Virus record (IMG/VR): IMGVR_UViG_3300027811_000003
Coordinates: 49,290-113,289 of that record
Source: a virus
Strand: one strand, 5' to 3'
Length of the DNA: 64,000 nucleotides
A program made the position numbers and the translations under genes. Positions 45,884 to 54,809 of the stretch are shown here, in pieces (position 1 is the stretch's first letter; the number at the start of each line of letters is the position of its first letter). The notes under the pieces are model-generated. The model did no database searches. It saw only the letters and a program-made list of their open reading frames with translations, and was not told the DNA's origin.

Positions 45884-46219
45884 TTACGCCTCGATTTCGC
45901 TCGGACTCTCACCCTCTGCGCTTTCGATCTGAACAGAGAACTCGCGGAGGACGTCCTTGATACGTTCAAGCGCTTTGGGATCAACTCCTTTGATACCGGC
46001 CTTCATCGTGAGAACTTTCGCGTAATCGTCGACGATCTTCTCAAGCTTAGGATCAAGCTTCGGAGCAGCTTCGTCGATGTCATGTTCAGCCTCAGGACCG
46101 ACGACGTCGATATGAGCGTCCTTGGCCTTGACTTCGATGTCGTTCTCTTCCTTGTTTCCACCTTCAGCGCACGTGCGCGCCTCTTTAATCAAAAACACTT
46201 TAGAAAGTTTCGGGGTCAT
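45884..46219 (-). CDS. Putative internal head protein
   Basis: Acidic, FLIKEA near the N-terminus; RBS and TAATTA upstream. Confidence 0.55.
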   Translation of the reverse strand: MTPKLSKVFLIKEARTCAEGGNKEENDIEVKAKDAHIDVVGPEAEHDIDEAAPKLDPKLEKIVDDYAKVLTMKAGIKGVDPKALERIKDVLREFSVQIESAEGESPSEIEA

Positions 46220-46320
46220 TTAGTTCTCTCCTTTAAGGGAACAATCCTACGTTTAATTAGAAGAGACGAGAAGATGGTGGAACGACGTCAACACTTTTCA
46301 CGATGTTGCTATAGCACGCA

Positions 46321-46350
46321 AAAAGCAAAAGGGACCAAGAGATTGGTCCC
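46321..46350 (-). terminator. Rho-independent terminator after the major capsid gene
   Basis: Minus strand GGGACCAA-TCTC-TTGGTCCC-TTTTGCTTTT. Confidence 0.85.
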
Positions 46351-46386
46351 AGTTGCTTTATAGGAATTTAAACCTATTGATTTTGT

Positions 46387-48072
46387 TTAGATGACGCTCA
46401 TGTCGTGGACGGTGATAGTGCCGTAGAAGTCAGAGCGAACCATCTTCTTGGCGTACCGAGTCATCACACCCTTGCGAGGCGAGAAATCTTCGGGAGCGTA
46501 GATTGTGGGAGTCACGATGAGAGGCACATACGGAGCGTACACGAACCCAGTCTCGAGGAACGTGCTGCCCTTGTACCCGACGAGGATCTTGTTCCGCGGG
46601 AAGTACGGATCCTTGTACACGGTGAACCTGCTGTTAAGCGTGCCGACCTTCTCAGTGCCGATGGTGAACATCGTCTCCTGCGGGTCGAGCGAAACAACCG
46701 GCTTGTAAAGCGAGCAAGCTTCGAGGATGGAGCAAACGTCAGGGCTCGTCACGATGAAGTTAGCAGCTCCACGCAGCGTCTTGCGATGGATGGTGTTCGC
46801 GAGAGTGATGACAGTTTCCATCAGTGTCTCGTACCATTCACGAACAGTACCGGTGAAGGAAGCGCCAGTCGCAGTCTCGCCAGTCTCGTAGTCAAGGAAG
46901 TTGCCAGGCTTACGCGACCAGTGATAAGCACCACCCGTCCCACCGTAGAGGAGCTCGCCGAGGATTTCGCGGTCAATTTCAAGCGCGAGAGCCTCAGAAA
47001 GGATCTGAGTGAGCTCGACTTCAGCGTCGAGGTTCTGATAAGCGGCGAGGTCCTGCGCGAGCTCAGGAGTCCACTTGGCGCGCAGCTTTCGGCCGCTAGC
47101 CGTGACAGCCTGACTCTCGATGCGGAAGTCAATCTCAGGGATGACAGGCATCGGCGACGTGCCCAGGTCAGTCTCCCACTCGGGAAGAGTGAGGGTACCC
47201 GAAGTTCCGCCGTGCAGCTGCGAACCGACGATGTACGAGACCTTGACACCAGTGTTGGTCTCTGGAGTAGCGCCACCGACGTCAGAAGTGTCGAGGACGA
47301 ACTTGAGGTTGTTGCCGCTTCTGACAGTGTGTCTACGAACAACGGTGACGCCCGTGATCTGTGAAGGAACGCCGTCAGTCGAAGAGCTCTGAGAAGTCGA
47401 AGACCCAGAACAAACGACCCACTGTTTCATGTCAGATGTGCTTGTCTGAGCGTCAGGAGCACCGGCGATAGCGACATAAGCGCCGTAGACAGTCATCGTC
47501 TTGACGGTGCCGTTGACGATCGAAGCCGAAAGAGCAGGGTCGTAACCGATGTCGACGAGCGAAGCAGTCGCGATCGAAGCCGAGAACGAAGCGGTGGTGA
47601 TCTTCTCTCTCTGTGAATACGCAGTGGCGAGGTTGTAGAACGAACCTTCACCCTTCGAATCGGCGAGCGAGTTGCGGTCACCGAAGAGCGATCCGCCAGC
47701 GGCGAAATCCTTCGACTTATCACCTGCCTTCACAGTGTCATACCGGTAATCAAGCCAGAAGATCAGGCCAGACGGCAGCGACATGGGCTGCACGGAAACG
47801 AGCTCGTTGGCGATCAGGCCAGCGAACACTCGACGAACGATGGGGAAAGCCACGTTCTGGAAGCCGGAGATATCGGCGACCTGTGAGCTCTCCTTGATGA
47901 GCTGTTTGGTCTGGTTCTCAAGCATCCAAGCCATGTTGCTCTTTCGCTTGTCGTTGGGCTTGTCGACAAGACCCTTGAGGAGGCCCGTCTTGTTCCACTT
48001 GGTGACGAGTCTCTTCGTCTCCTGGAGCACGTTGGGCCCAGCAATTCCTTCACTAAGCAGTTGCAAATCCAT
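46387..48072 (-). CDS. Major capsid protein (gp23-like)
   Basis: LENQ, PIVRRV, VQPMSLPSGLIF, RKLRAKWTPELAQDL, EIDREI, YAPYVPL, PRKGVMTRY. Confidence 0.97.
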   Translation of the reverse strand: MDLQLLSEGIAGPNVLQETKRLVTKWNKTGLLKGLVDKPNDKRKSNMAWMLENQTKQLIKESSQVADISGFQNVAFPIVRRVFAGLIANELVSVQPMSLPSGLIFWLDYRYDTVKAGDKSKDFAAGGSLFGDRNSLADSKGEGSFYNLATAYSQREKITTASFSASIATASLVDIGYDPALSASIVNGTVKTMTVYGAYVAIAGAPDAQTSTSDMKQWVVCSGSSTSQSSSTDGVPSQITGVTVVRRHTVRSGNNLKFVLDTSDVGGATPETNTGVKVSYIVGSQLHGGTSGTLTLPEWETDLGTSPMPVIPEIDFRIESQAVTASGRKLRAKWTPELAQDLAAYQNLDAEVELTQILSEALALEIDREILGELLYGGTGGAYHWSRKPGNFLDYETGETATGASFTGTVREWYETLMETVITLANTIHRKTLRGAANFIVTSPDVCSILEACSLYKPVVSLDPQETMFTIGTEKVGTLNSRFTVYKDPYFPRNKILVGYKGSTFLETGFVYAPYVPLIVTPTIYAPEDFSPRKGVMTRYAKKMVRSDFYGTITVHDMSVI

Positions 48073-48099
48073 TGTATGTTCTCCTTTATCTTTCAGTTA

Positions 48100-49173
48100 T
48101 TACTTGACAAGACCAGCGAGTTCGTTGATTCTGTTGAACCCGTTGTCTCCTTTGTTCTTGTCCACAGATTCGCTGAGGACTTTCTGATCCGGCGTTCCAG
48201 TCGAGCGCTTGCCCTGGGCGTTAGCCTTGGGTCGACGCGACTCGGTGAGCGAAGCGGAAGTCTTGATCGAGCGAGTGAGCGCCTCGTAAACCATCTTGAC
48301 TTCGCGAATCGTCTGAGCTGCGTCGATCGACTCCATGACAACTTTTTTCTGCTCTGCAGTGAGGTGACCCGCCTGCAACGCACGGTTGACATGCATGACC
48401 TTCGCGTTGAAAAGGTTGACCTCGTGAAGCTTGCTTCCAAGCGTCTTGATCATCCCGTAAGCCTTCTTGAGATTCTCACGAAGCGCCTTGTTCTCGGCGA
48501 GACCACGCTTGACCATTTCCTTCACGGTGAAATCCTGCTTCGCAGCGGGCTCTTCCTTGTCCCACTCGTGCTCACCCTTCTTCTCAGGGTTGAGACCCTT
48601 GCCAGCGTCCTTGACGACAGCGTCAAGCTCACCGTTGGGAGTCATTTCACTGAAGCCCTTCTTGACCTGAACCTCAGTCTGGAGAGCAGACTCAAACACC
48701 TTTCGAAGCTCGCTCTCAGAGATCTCGATCTCCTCGTCGCAAGGCTCCTTCTCTTCGCCTTCCTCGTCGGCCTTTTTCTTGCCTTCGTCAACTTCAGGCT
48801 CTTCAGCCTCACCGAGAGCAGGGATAGCAGCCTCAAGCTCAGGCTCCTCAGTCACGGTGGGGAAAAAACTCGCAAGAGACTCGAGGTCGAGTTCCTTGTC
48901 ATCCTTCTTCTCTGGTGCGTCCATCTGTTGTTCTCCTTCTTTCTTTCCTTCTTCGAAACCCGTGTGACTCTCACCGGGCCAATTGTCATCGATCCCTCTA
49001 CGGATCCTGTCGGTATCCTCATTATTGAGAGCACCATGTATACTCTTCTCCAAGAGTTTCTTCAAACCTGGAGTCAACGACTCGATGAGCTTGTTCTGAG
49101 CTGCAGTGAGAGCAGCCTCTTTCAAAGCCTTCGCGTCGTTGACAGCTTCAGTGATCAAGTCTCGTTCTTTCAT
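48100..49173 (-). CDS. Prohead core / scaffolding protein
   Basis: Acidic, directly upstream of the major capsid gene; EVNLFNAK; terminal RINELAGL. Confidence 0.8.
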   Translation of the reverse strand: MKERDLITEAVNDAKALKEAALTAAQNKLIESLTPGLKKLLEKSIHGALNNEDTDRIRRGIDDNWPGESHTGFEEGKKEGEQQMDAPEKKDDKELDLESLASFFPTVTEEPELEAAIPALGEAEEPEVDEGKKKADEEGEEKEPCDEEIEISESELRKVFESALQTEVQVKKGFSEMTPNGELDAVVKDAGKGLNPEKKGEHEWDKEEPAAKQDFTVKEMVKRGLAENKALRENLKKAYGMIKTLGSKLHEVNLFNAKVMHVNRALQAGHLTAEQKKVVMESIDAAQTIREVKMVYEALTRSIKTSASLTESRRPKANAQGKRSTGTPDQKVLSESVDKNKGDNGFNRINELAGLVK

Positions 49174-49244
49174 CGCGTTGTTCTCCCGACAAATCTAACT
49201 TTAATTAATTGAAATGTAAATTTTTGGCAGGAACAATCAAAAAT

Positions 49245-49439
49245 TCACTGTTTTCCATTCATTCTGACAGCTTTGTTGTGTTTGTTCCTTTTCTTGATGG
49301 ACGGCTTTTCGAAGTTCGCGCGGTCCATGAGCTCCTGCATGATCCCGCTGTTCTTGAACTTCTTTGTGAAAAGTCTTATCGACTTCTCGACGTCTTTCGA
49401 AACGTTCACTACCAAAGAATCTCTGTTATCTTCCTTCAC
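49245..49439 (-). CDS. rpsU: Ribosomal protein bS21
   Basis: DVEKSIRLFTKKFKNSGIMQELMDRANFEKPSIKKR matches the bS21 pattern (xExALRxFKK...G...E...R..YEKPS). Confidence 0.85.
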   Translation of the reverse strand: MKEDNRDSLVVNVSKDVEKSIRLFTKKFKNSGIMQELMDRANFEKPSIKKRNKHNKAVRMNGKQ

Positions 49440-50209
49440 TTCGTTTCACCTTTCTTTCTTACTGTCACGCCTATCTTCTTCGGATCCCACTTCGGTTTTA
49501 CTGGTTGCTTTTCTGGTTCAGTCGTGCCCGCTTTCCTGATAACAGGTCCCACAGATTTGTTTGGAGGCTCAGATTCAGTTCCAGGCTTGAATTCTCTCGG
49601 ATTTACTCCAGTCGGATACGTGACAAAACCCTTTCTCTTGAACTCTCCAGTGTCATGATCGACGTAACCTTTTGGATCCTTTTTCCATAGACCCTTGTCG
49701 CTCTTCTGCGAACGTCCTATGGCAGCTGCGGTAGACAAGGCAGTAGGAAAAGCTTTCAACACGTCCTGAATCGCAGCAGACTGCGTCTTCATCTTATTCT
49801 GAAGATCTCTGTTCTGAGCTGGATTAACGCTACGAAGTGTTCTATTAGCCTTGAACAACACGTCGTGAGCTCTCGACAACACTGCGGGTATTTGATCTGC
49901 TGGAAGGTCAGAAGCGCTCTTCAACTGAGCAGCGACTCTCTTCATCTCTGGAGTGCCGTCTTTGTCGAGACCCACTGCCATCCAATCGACGACTTTCTTC
50001 AGCTCTTCACGTTTCTTAACCAACGCGGGATGCATCTGTGTTGGATCGTAGTCGATGAACTCGTCTCTCTCGTCAGAGCTAGGGTCGCCGACAGCTTCGA
50101 TCACTGCGCGCCAAACGACAGACTCAACTAAAGAATCGTCTTCTTTCTCTTCGACGAACAAAGATTCAAGCAACTCCCAAGAATTTTTCATGTTACTTTT
50201 TCCCAGCAA
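49436..50209 (-). CDS. Putative internal head protein
   Basis: Head gene cluster; LLES/LVES/VIEA sites near the N-terminus. Confidence 0.55.
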   Translation of the reverse strand: MLGKSNMKNSWELLESLFVEEKEDDSLVESVVWRAVIEAVGDPSSDERDEFIDYDPTQMHPALVKKREELKKVVDWMAVGLDKDGTPEMKRVAAQLKSASDLPADQIPAVLSRAHDVLFKANRTLRSVNPAQNRDLQNKMKTQSAAIQDVLKAFPTALSTAAAIGRSQKSDKGLWKKDPKGYVDHDTGEFKRKGFVTYPTGVNPREFKPGTESEPPNKSVGPVIRKAGTTEPEKQPVKPKWDPKKIGVTVRKKGETK

Positions 50210-50630
50210 TCACGCTAGCAGCTTGCCACGGGTTGTCATGAACGAAGCTCTCTGCGAGCTCGAGCCACACCGAAGGATTTCTGTCGACTTCTTCCATCAC
50301 AGACTCTTTGACGACGTCTCTCAATGTCTTGTCAGTAGGCTCAACGTCGACGTCGTTGCCGTCTTCTCCAGGAATCCTCTGTCCAACGCCAGTGTGAGGA
50401 CCCCAGTTGACTTGACCCTGTCTACGATACAAGTTGAGATTGTCAAGAGGCTTAGAGAAGTCGAACACTTCAGCGTACTTGTAACCCTCGCCTTCCTCGT
50501 TGCTGGGTTCGACTTCCCTGTCGCTGCCCAGAGGCTCGTTTGGAATCTTCTTTTTCTTCTTCGCCTCGCTCAGAACGTCGTCGACGAAGCTCTTAATCTC
50601 GTTTATCATGTCGTAGTTCATGTCATTCAC
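50193..50630 (-). CDS. Putative internal head protein
   Basis: VLSEAKKKKK, VKES, LAES. Confidence 0.55.
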   Translation of the reverse strand: MNDMNYDMINEIKSFVDDVLSEAKKKKKIPNEPLGSDREVEPSNEEGEGYKYAEVFDFSKPLDNLNLYRRQGQVNWGPHTGVGQRIPGEDGNDVDVEPTDKTLRDVVKESVMEEVDRNPSVWLELAESFVHDNPWQAASVIAGKK

Positions 50631-50639
50631 CTCTCGTAA

Positions 50640-51371
50640 TTATGCTCGTTCTTCAGAATCGTCTTTTTTGAGAGACAACCCTCTCATCCTGTCCCATGCA
50701 GATTCTTTCGGCATGAGACCGTAAAGACCTCTAGAAGTCATTCTGTTGTTGAAAGCTCCCCAAGGGTCAGGTCCTATGACGTGAGCGTCTGGCTTTCCAA
50801 ACGCCTCTGGGTCGACCAAATCAATTTCACCGCCGCTTGGTCTGTCAATTGGATCCAGTGATCTCAAGAAGTCTCTGTACGATTCTTCGTGACCGTCGTC
50901 TATCCCTGGAACTATGACTTCGAAGTCTTCGTCGACATCTCCTTCATGTCCGTAGTCTATGTCGCCGTCGTCTTCGTCCCAATCCTTGGGAGGGTCCACT
51001 GCCCAGCCGCCAGCAGCTCCAGGAACAGAAGATCCTCTCTGACTAGAAGTCCCCCTAGACATGTTTATAGGTGACCCAGATATTTCATCTATCTCGTCGT
51101 CTTCTATTCCAAGAGTCCTGAGAGAAAAATGTCTGTCGTCTTTTGGAATCAGATTGCCGTCAAGCGGACCAGAAGCGTTTGAACCTCTGTCGTACGCTGT
51201 CGGCTTGCCGTAGAACACGTCTCTATCGTACGGATAATTTCCGCCCCTTCCTCTTGGACGTCTATCTGCGCCGTTGAATCTTACACCAGAGTCGTCGTAT
51301 CGTCCAGCGAATCCGAGACGATCACCACCTTCGTATTCTTTGAGCAGTTCTAAGAATCTTCCAACTTTCAT
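50640..51371 (-). CDS. Acidic Gly/Asp-rich putative internal head protein
   Basis: LLKEY, IDEI; low complexity. Confidence 0.55.
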   Translation of the reverse strand: MKVGRFLELLKEYEGGDRLGFAGRYDDSGVRFNGADRRPRGRGGNYPYDRDVFYGKPTAYDRGSNASGPLDGNLIPKDDRHFSLRTLGIEDDEIDEISGSPINMSRGTSSQRGSSVPGAAGGWAVDPPKDWDEDDGDIDYGHEGDVDEDFEVIVPGIDDGHEESYRDFLRSLDPIDRPSGGEIDLVDPEAFGKPDAHVIGPDPWGAFNNRMTSRGLYGLMPKESAWDRMRGLSLKKDDSEERA

Positions 51372-51952
51372 TAAGTTGCCTTGACGTCGAGACGTCTTCG
51401 ACGAGCTTCTAACTCTTTCATCCTAGCTTCGACTGCGGCGTCGAGAGCTGGATCTGCTTTCATCTGAGGAGGCACAGATGACATCACTTTCTCGTTTACT
51501 CTGTCTATTATGTCTTGCATCCTTGAGAAATCAAGACCACCGTTTTTGTTGCTGCGATGTTCATCGCGAACTTCGTCGTTAGAAGAATCGTCTATCGGGT
51601 TAACTCCCTCGAGCACAAACGCGAGCGGTCCAAGGTCTTCAGCAAGCTTTCTGACGCCTTTTCCCTTGTTCTCCTTCACCAACACGCCGATGCCAGGATC
51701 GTAAATCCCTTCGTCGCTGTTGCGCAACGGAGCAGGAATTTCTTCCTCTTCTCTTGGGTCTTCCTTGAACGACAGCAACTCAGCTAGACCGCCAGTCTTC
51801 GCGACAGAAGCTACTGGCTTTCTAATTGTCTCTGCCATGAGCTTTCTGACGTAATTCTCAGCCAACTCCTTCTTGACCATCTCAGGGATAATTCTCCTAA
51901 GCTCCTCATTGACTATCAAGCGAACTGCCTTGACGAAATCTTCCTTCTTCAT
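51371..51952 (-). CDS. Putative internal head protein
   Basis: MKKEDFVKAVRLIVNEEL N-terminus. Confidence 0.55.
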   Translation of the reverse strand: MKKEDFVKAVRLIVNEELRRIIPEMVKKELAENYVRKLMAETIRKPVASVAKTGGLAELLSFKEDPREEEEIPAPLRNSDEGIYDPGIGVLVKENKGKGVRKLAEDLGPLAFVLEGVNPIDDSSNDEVRDEHRSNKNGGLDFSRMQDIIDRVNEKVMSSVPPQMKADPALDAAVEARMKELEARRRRLDVKAT

Positions 51953-51959
51953 GCTACGC

Positions 51960-52562
51960 TCACTTTCCTCTCAGAACTGCGTTAAGCGCTCTGTAGATTC
52001 TGTCCGTCTTCGAAAATATCCTGTTCTCATCTATCTGGTATTTCTTGCTCTCTCCAAACAAATAAGCTCCCGGTGTGCTAGGTTCAGACACTATGTCAAA
52101 CGAAATCAGCTGAAAGTCAGACTGAACTTCGTCTATGCCTTCGTTAGTCTTCTCTGTGGAGCCGACTCCTCTGCTCGAAATTCCGATCATCACGCCGTCG
52201 TGAAGCAAATTTTCGAGAATCTTGCCCATCGGAGTACTGAGAACTTGAACTTTTCCGTGTACCGTGTCTCCGTCCCACCACATCTCACGAACTATGTGAG
52301 AAGCTTTCTGAAGAGAAACCGAGCTGCTCTCGGGATGATCGAGTTCACCCACAGCTCTACTTTCTCTCACTGCCTTTTGGTAATTCTCTACTTCTCTGTC
52401 AAGTATCTCACGTGGATAGACTCGTTTGTTCTGGTTTTTGATTCCTGCCCTCTGTAAAACGCCGCTTAGAATGATCTTCCCGTCGTTCTTCGCCTGCGAT
52501 TCCTTGATCAAAGCGGGAGTGTAATCGAGCTTGATCCATTCTCTGAGAAGTGATTTAGCCAT
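51960..52562 (-). CDS. Prohead protease (T4 gp21-like)
   Basis: NQNKRVYP, GELDHP, SH, GISSRGVGS, FDIVSEPSTPGA. Confidence 0.95.
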   Translation of the reverse strand: MAKSLLREWIKLDYTPALIKESQAKNDGKIILSGVLQRAGIKNQNKRVYPREILDREVENYQKAVRESRAVGELDHPESSSVSLQKASHIVREMWWDGDTVHGKVQVLSTPMGKILENLLHDGVMIGISSRGVGSTEKTNEGIDEVQSDFQLISFDIVSEPSTPGAYLFGESKKYQIDENRIFSKTDRIYRALNAVLRGK

Positions 52563-52563
52563 G

Positions 52564-53892
52564 TTAAATCTTCCTGTATTTCGCGACGAGAAGTCGTTTG
52601 AGCAACGAAATCTGCAGCGGAGTCAGTCCAGCGACGTAAACGTCGACGTCAGCCTCCATCTTTTCAAGATACTTGTCCCTAGACTGAATAGACTTCGCCA
52701 AGTCGTCCATCTCGTCGAGTATCCCTTCCTGCACTTGCACCAGCTCAGCTCTGAACATCTTGGCGTCGTGAGGATCGATCTTCGTCAAAGCCGCCTTCGC
52801 TGACCCGTCGAGATGAATCTTCGGCACGCCACCGTCGATATAGATGTATATCGGTTCTACTGCGACGTTGTCGAACGATGCAGAAAACGCCAAGTACGTC
52901 TGACCAGTCTGCTGGTCGTGTTTAAGACCGAAACTCTTAAGCTTGACGCTCTTGCCGACAGCTTTTCGAATCGTGTTGAACGCGTCGTCGAGGATCGACT
53001 CAGTCTTCTTCGATATGTTGCTGTGCAGCTTTTGAAACTTCGGATCGTTGGCGAGAGTCTGCTTCGACAACTTCGAGATGTAATCGTCCCACTCGCTCTC
53101 TGTCTTCTCTTCTCTGAACAACGATTCGACGAGCGACTTCGAAACGATCTTCGACAAGATTGTCCTGTCCATGAACTCGACTCGTCGTTCTGCTGCTTCT
53201 GAAGCGACTTGCTTCGCAGCTGACGGTGCGACTGTCGGCTCAGGACGATGAACTCTGAACTTAGCCGGGTGCGTTGCGTCTATCCCAGCATTCTGCTTGC
53301 TGTTCATGAAGTCAGTCATCTGTTTGAACAACACGGAACCTTGAGGATGAGCCTTCAACGACTTCAAAAAGTCAGCGTTATGCATGTGCGAAGTGACATA
53401 CTTGCCTCTGTCTGGTCCCGTACGAGGAAGGGCCTTCAAACCAGACATGAAGTCGTTCACGTTGTTGTGCGTCTTCGTTGGGACAGTCTCCTTCACTCCA
53501 GAAGTGGCTGACATGCCAGGACTCTGAAGACCGACTCCTCCTTGAGCAGGATTCATGACACTTTCGTTCTTGTGACTCTTCTTTGCTTTAATGACGTTAG
53601 CACGCAGACGAGCAAGTTTAGACGGGTCTTTCGGAGGAAAACGAGACAATTCAGCCTGCTTCGCGCCGGCCATCGTCGGGAAAGTTCCAACAGACTTTGG
53701 CTTATCTTTCTTTCCCTTGTTAGGAGAATACAACACGTACCCGCCGCCGCCCGGCTTCTTGCGAACGACTTCTTTCACTCTCTGTCTCACGAGTTCTCTG
53801 ACGGCGTTCATCCTGTCTTCGTCAGTCAAAGGAGCTTGAAATCCAGCGACTGCGCCGCATCCCATCTCGTCAACGTTTTCTTTGTCACTCAT
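52564..53892 (-). CDS. Hypothetical head-cluster protein
   Basis: VKEVVRKKPGGGGYVLYS...GTFPT..GA; several hydrophobic-x-E sites. Confidence 0.55.
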   Translation of the reverse strand: MSDKENVDEMGCGAVAGFQAPLTDEDRMNAVRELVRQRVKEVVRKKPGGGGYVLYSPNKGKKDKPKSVGTFPTMAGAKQAELSRFPPKDPSKLARLRANVIKAKKSHKNESVMNPAQGGVGLQSPGMSATSGVKETVPTKTHNNVNDFMSGLKALPRTGPDRGKYVTSHMHNADFLKSLKAHPQGSVLFKQMTDFMNSKQNAGIDATHPAKFRVHRPEPTVAPSAAKQVASEAAERRVEFMDRTILSKIVSKSLVESLFREEKTESEWDDYISKLSKQTLANDPKFQKLHSNISKKTESILDDAFNTIRKAVGKSVKLKSFGLKHDQQTGQTYLAFSASFDNVAVEPIYIYIDGGVPKIHLDGSAKAALTKIDPHDAKMFRAELVQVQEGILDEMDDLAKSIQSRDKYLEKMEADVDVYVAGLTPLQISLLKRLLVAKYRKI

Positions 53893-54745
53893 CGCTCTTT
53901 ATCTCCTCTGCGAGCTTCTGGAACAGCAGAACGTCCTTGACGGATCTCTCTGCTGTCACATCGGAGATGCCCTCGAGTGTTCGCAGAGCCTCCTTAAACT
54001 TGCCAGCCATTATCTTATCATCCTTGAAGCAAGCGAGACCCTCAGACGAGCGTAGTGATTCTAGCAGATGCGTCTTCTCTTCTCTCATCTCTCTCGTGAA
54101 CTGTTCCTTGTTGCCAGTCATCGAGAAGTTCATGAAGCACCGCAGCGTCTTCTTCTGCGACTCGTTGAGCGCGCCTGAGTACTTGTCCTCGAATTTCTTC
54201 ATGGCGATCTGAGCGACGAGTCCGTCGACCTTCTCGCCAGCGTTGCGCTCGATGCTTTCGTTCACTGGCGTCATCATAAACTTGACCAAAGCTTCTTCGA
54301 GTTGAACTCTCTTGACTCCCTCGGATATTTCATTTTTCTTGTTCTTGAACTGCTCGACTAACATGTGCACGGACGCGAACAACCTATACTCTGGAACGCG
54401 ATGCACGTCGAAGAAATCTTTTCCGAACGCATGGTGTATCTCTCTTATCAGACAAGACTTCTTGGCTTCTATACTAGCCGCGTCTAACGACTTGACGTAC
54501 GACTTCACTTCGTCAAGAACATGACGAGCAGCAGTCTCAGTCATTCCCCTAGACTCAACGACAGTGTCGAAAACTTCTCTTTCTTTGGCGAGCGGCTGAC
54601 CTTCAGAATAATATCTCTTGATTATCCCGAGAGTCTTCCTGTATGACTGTAAGTCGTTTTCGACTAGAGTCTTGCCCAAGCGTCTCACGAGAAATTCTAA
54701 CGTAAGACCTGAATTTCTCTTTTTATTGTGATTGAAAGAAGACAT
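53885..54745 (-). CDS. Conserved hypothetical protein downstream of the portal gene
   Basis: HNKKRNSGL.LEFLVR N-terminus. Confidence 0.6.
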   Translation of the reverse strand: MSSFNHNKKRNSGLTLEFLVRRLGKTLVENDLQSYRKTLGIIKRYYSEGQPLAKEREVFDTVVESRGMTETAARHVLDEVKSYVKSLDAASIEAKKSCLIREIHHAFGKDFFDVHRVPEYRLFASVHMLVEQFKNKKNEISEGVKRVQLEEALVKFMMTPVNESIERNAGEKVDGLVAQIAMKKFEDKYSGALNESQKKTLRCFMNFSMTGNKEQFTREMREEKTHLLESLRSSEGLACFKDDKIMAGKFKEALRTLEGISDVTAERSVKDVLLFQKLAEEIKSDE

Positions 54746-54809
54746 ATCGCATGACTCCGCTTTTGTACCTAATCGTAACTAGGTAACAGTCGTCTATATC
54801 TGCAGCTTT

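Noticed and set aside
46405-49212. Plus-strand ORFs of 319 and 383 aa opposite the capsid and scaffold genes
   Set aside because: Same shadow effect; the minus-strand genes are unambiguous
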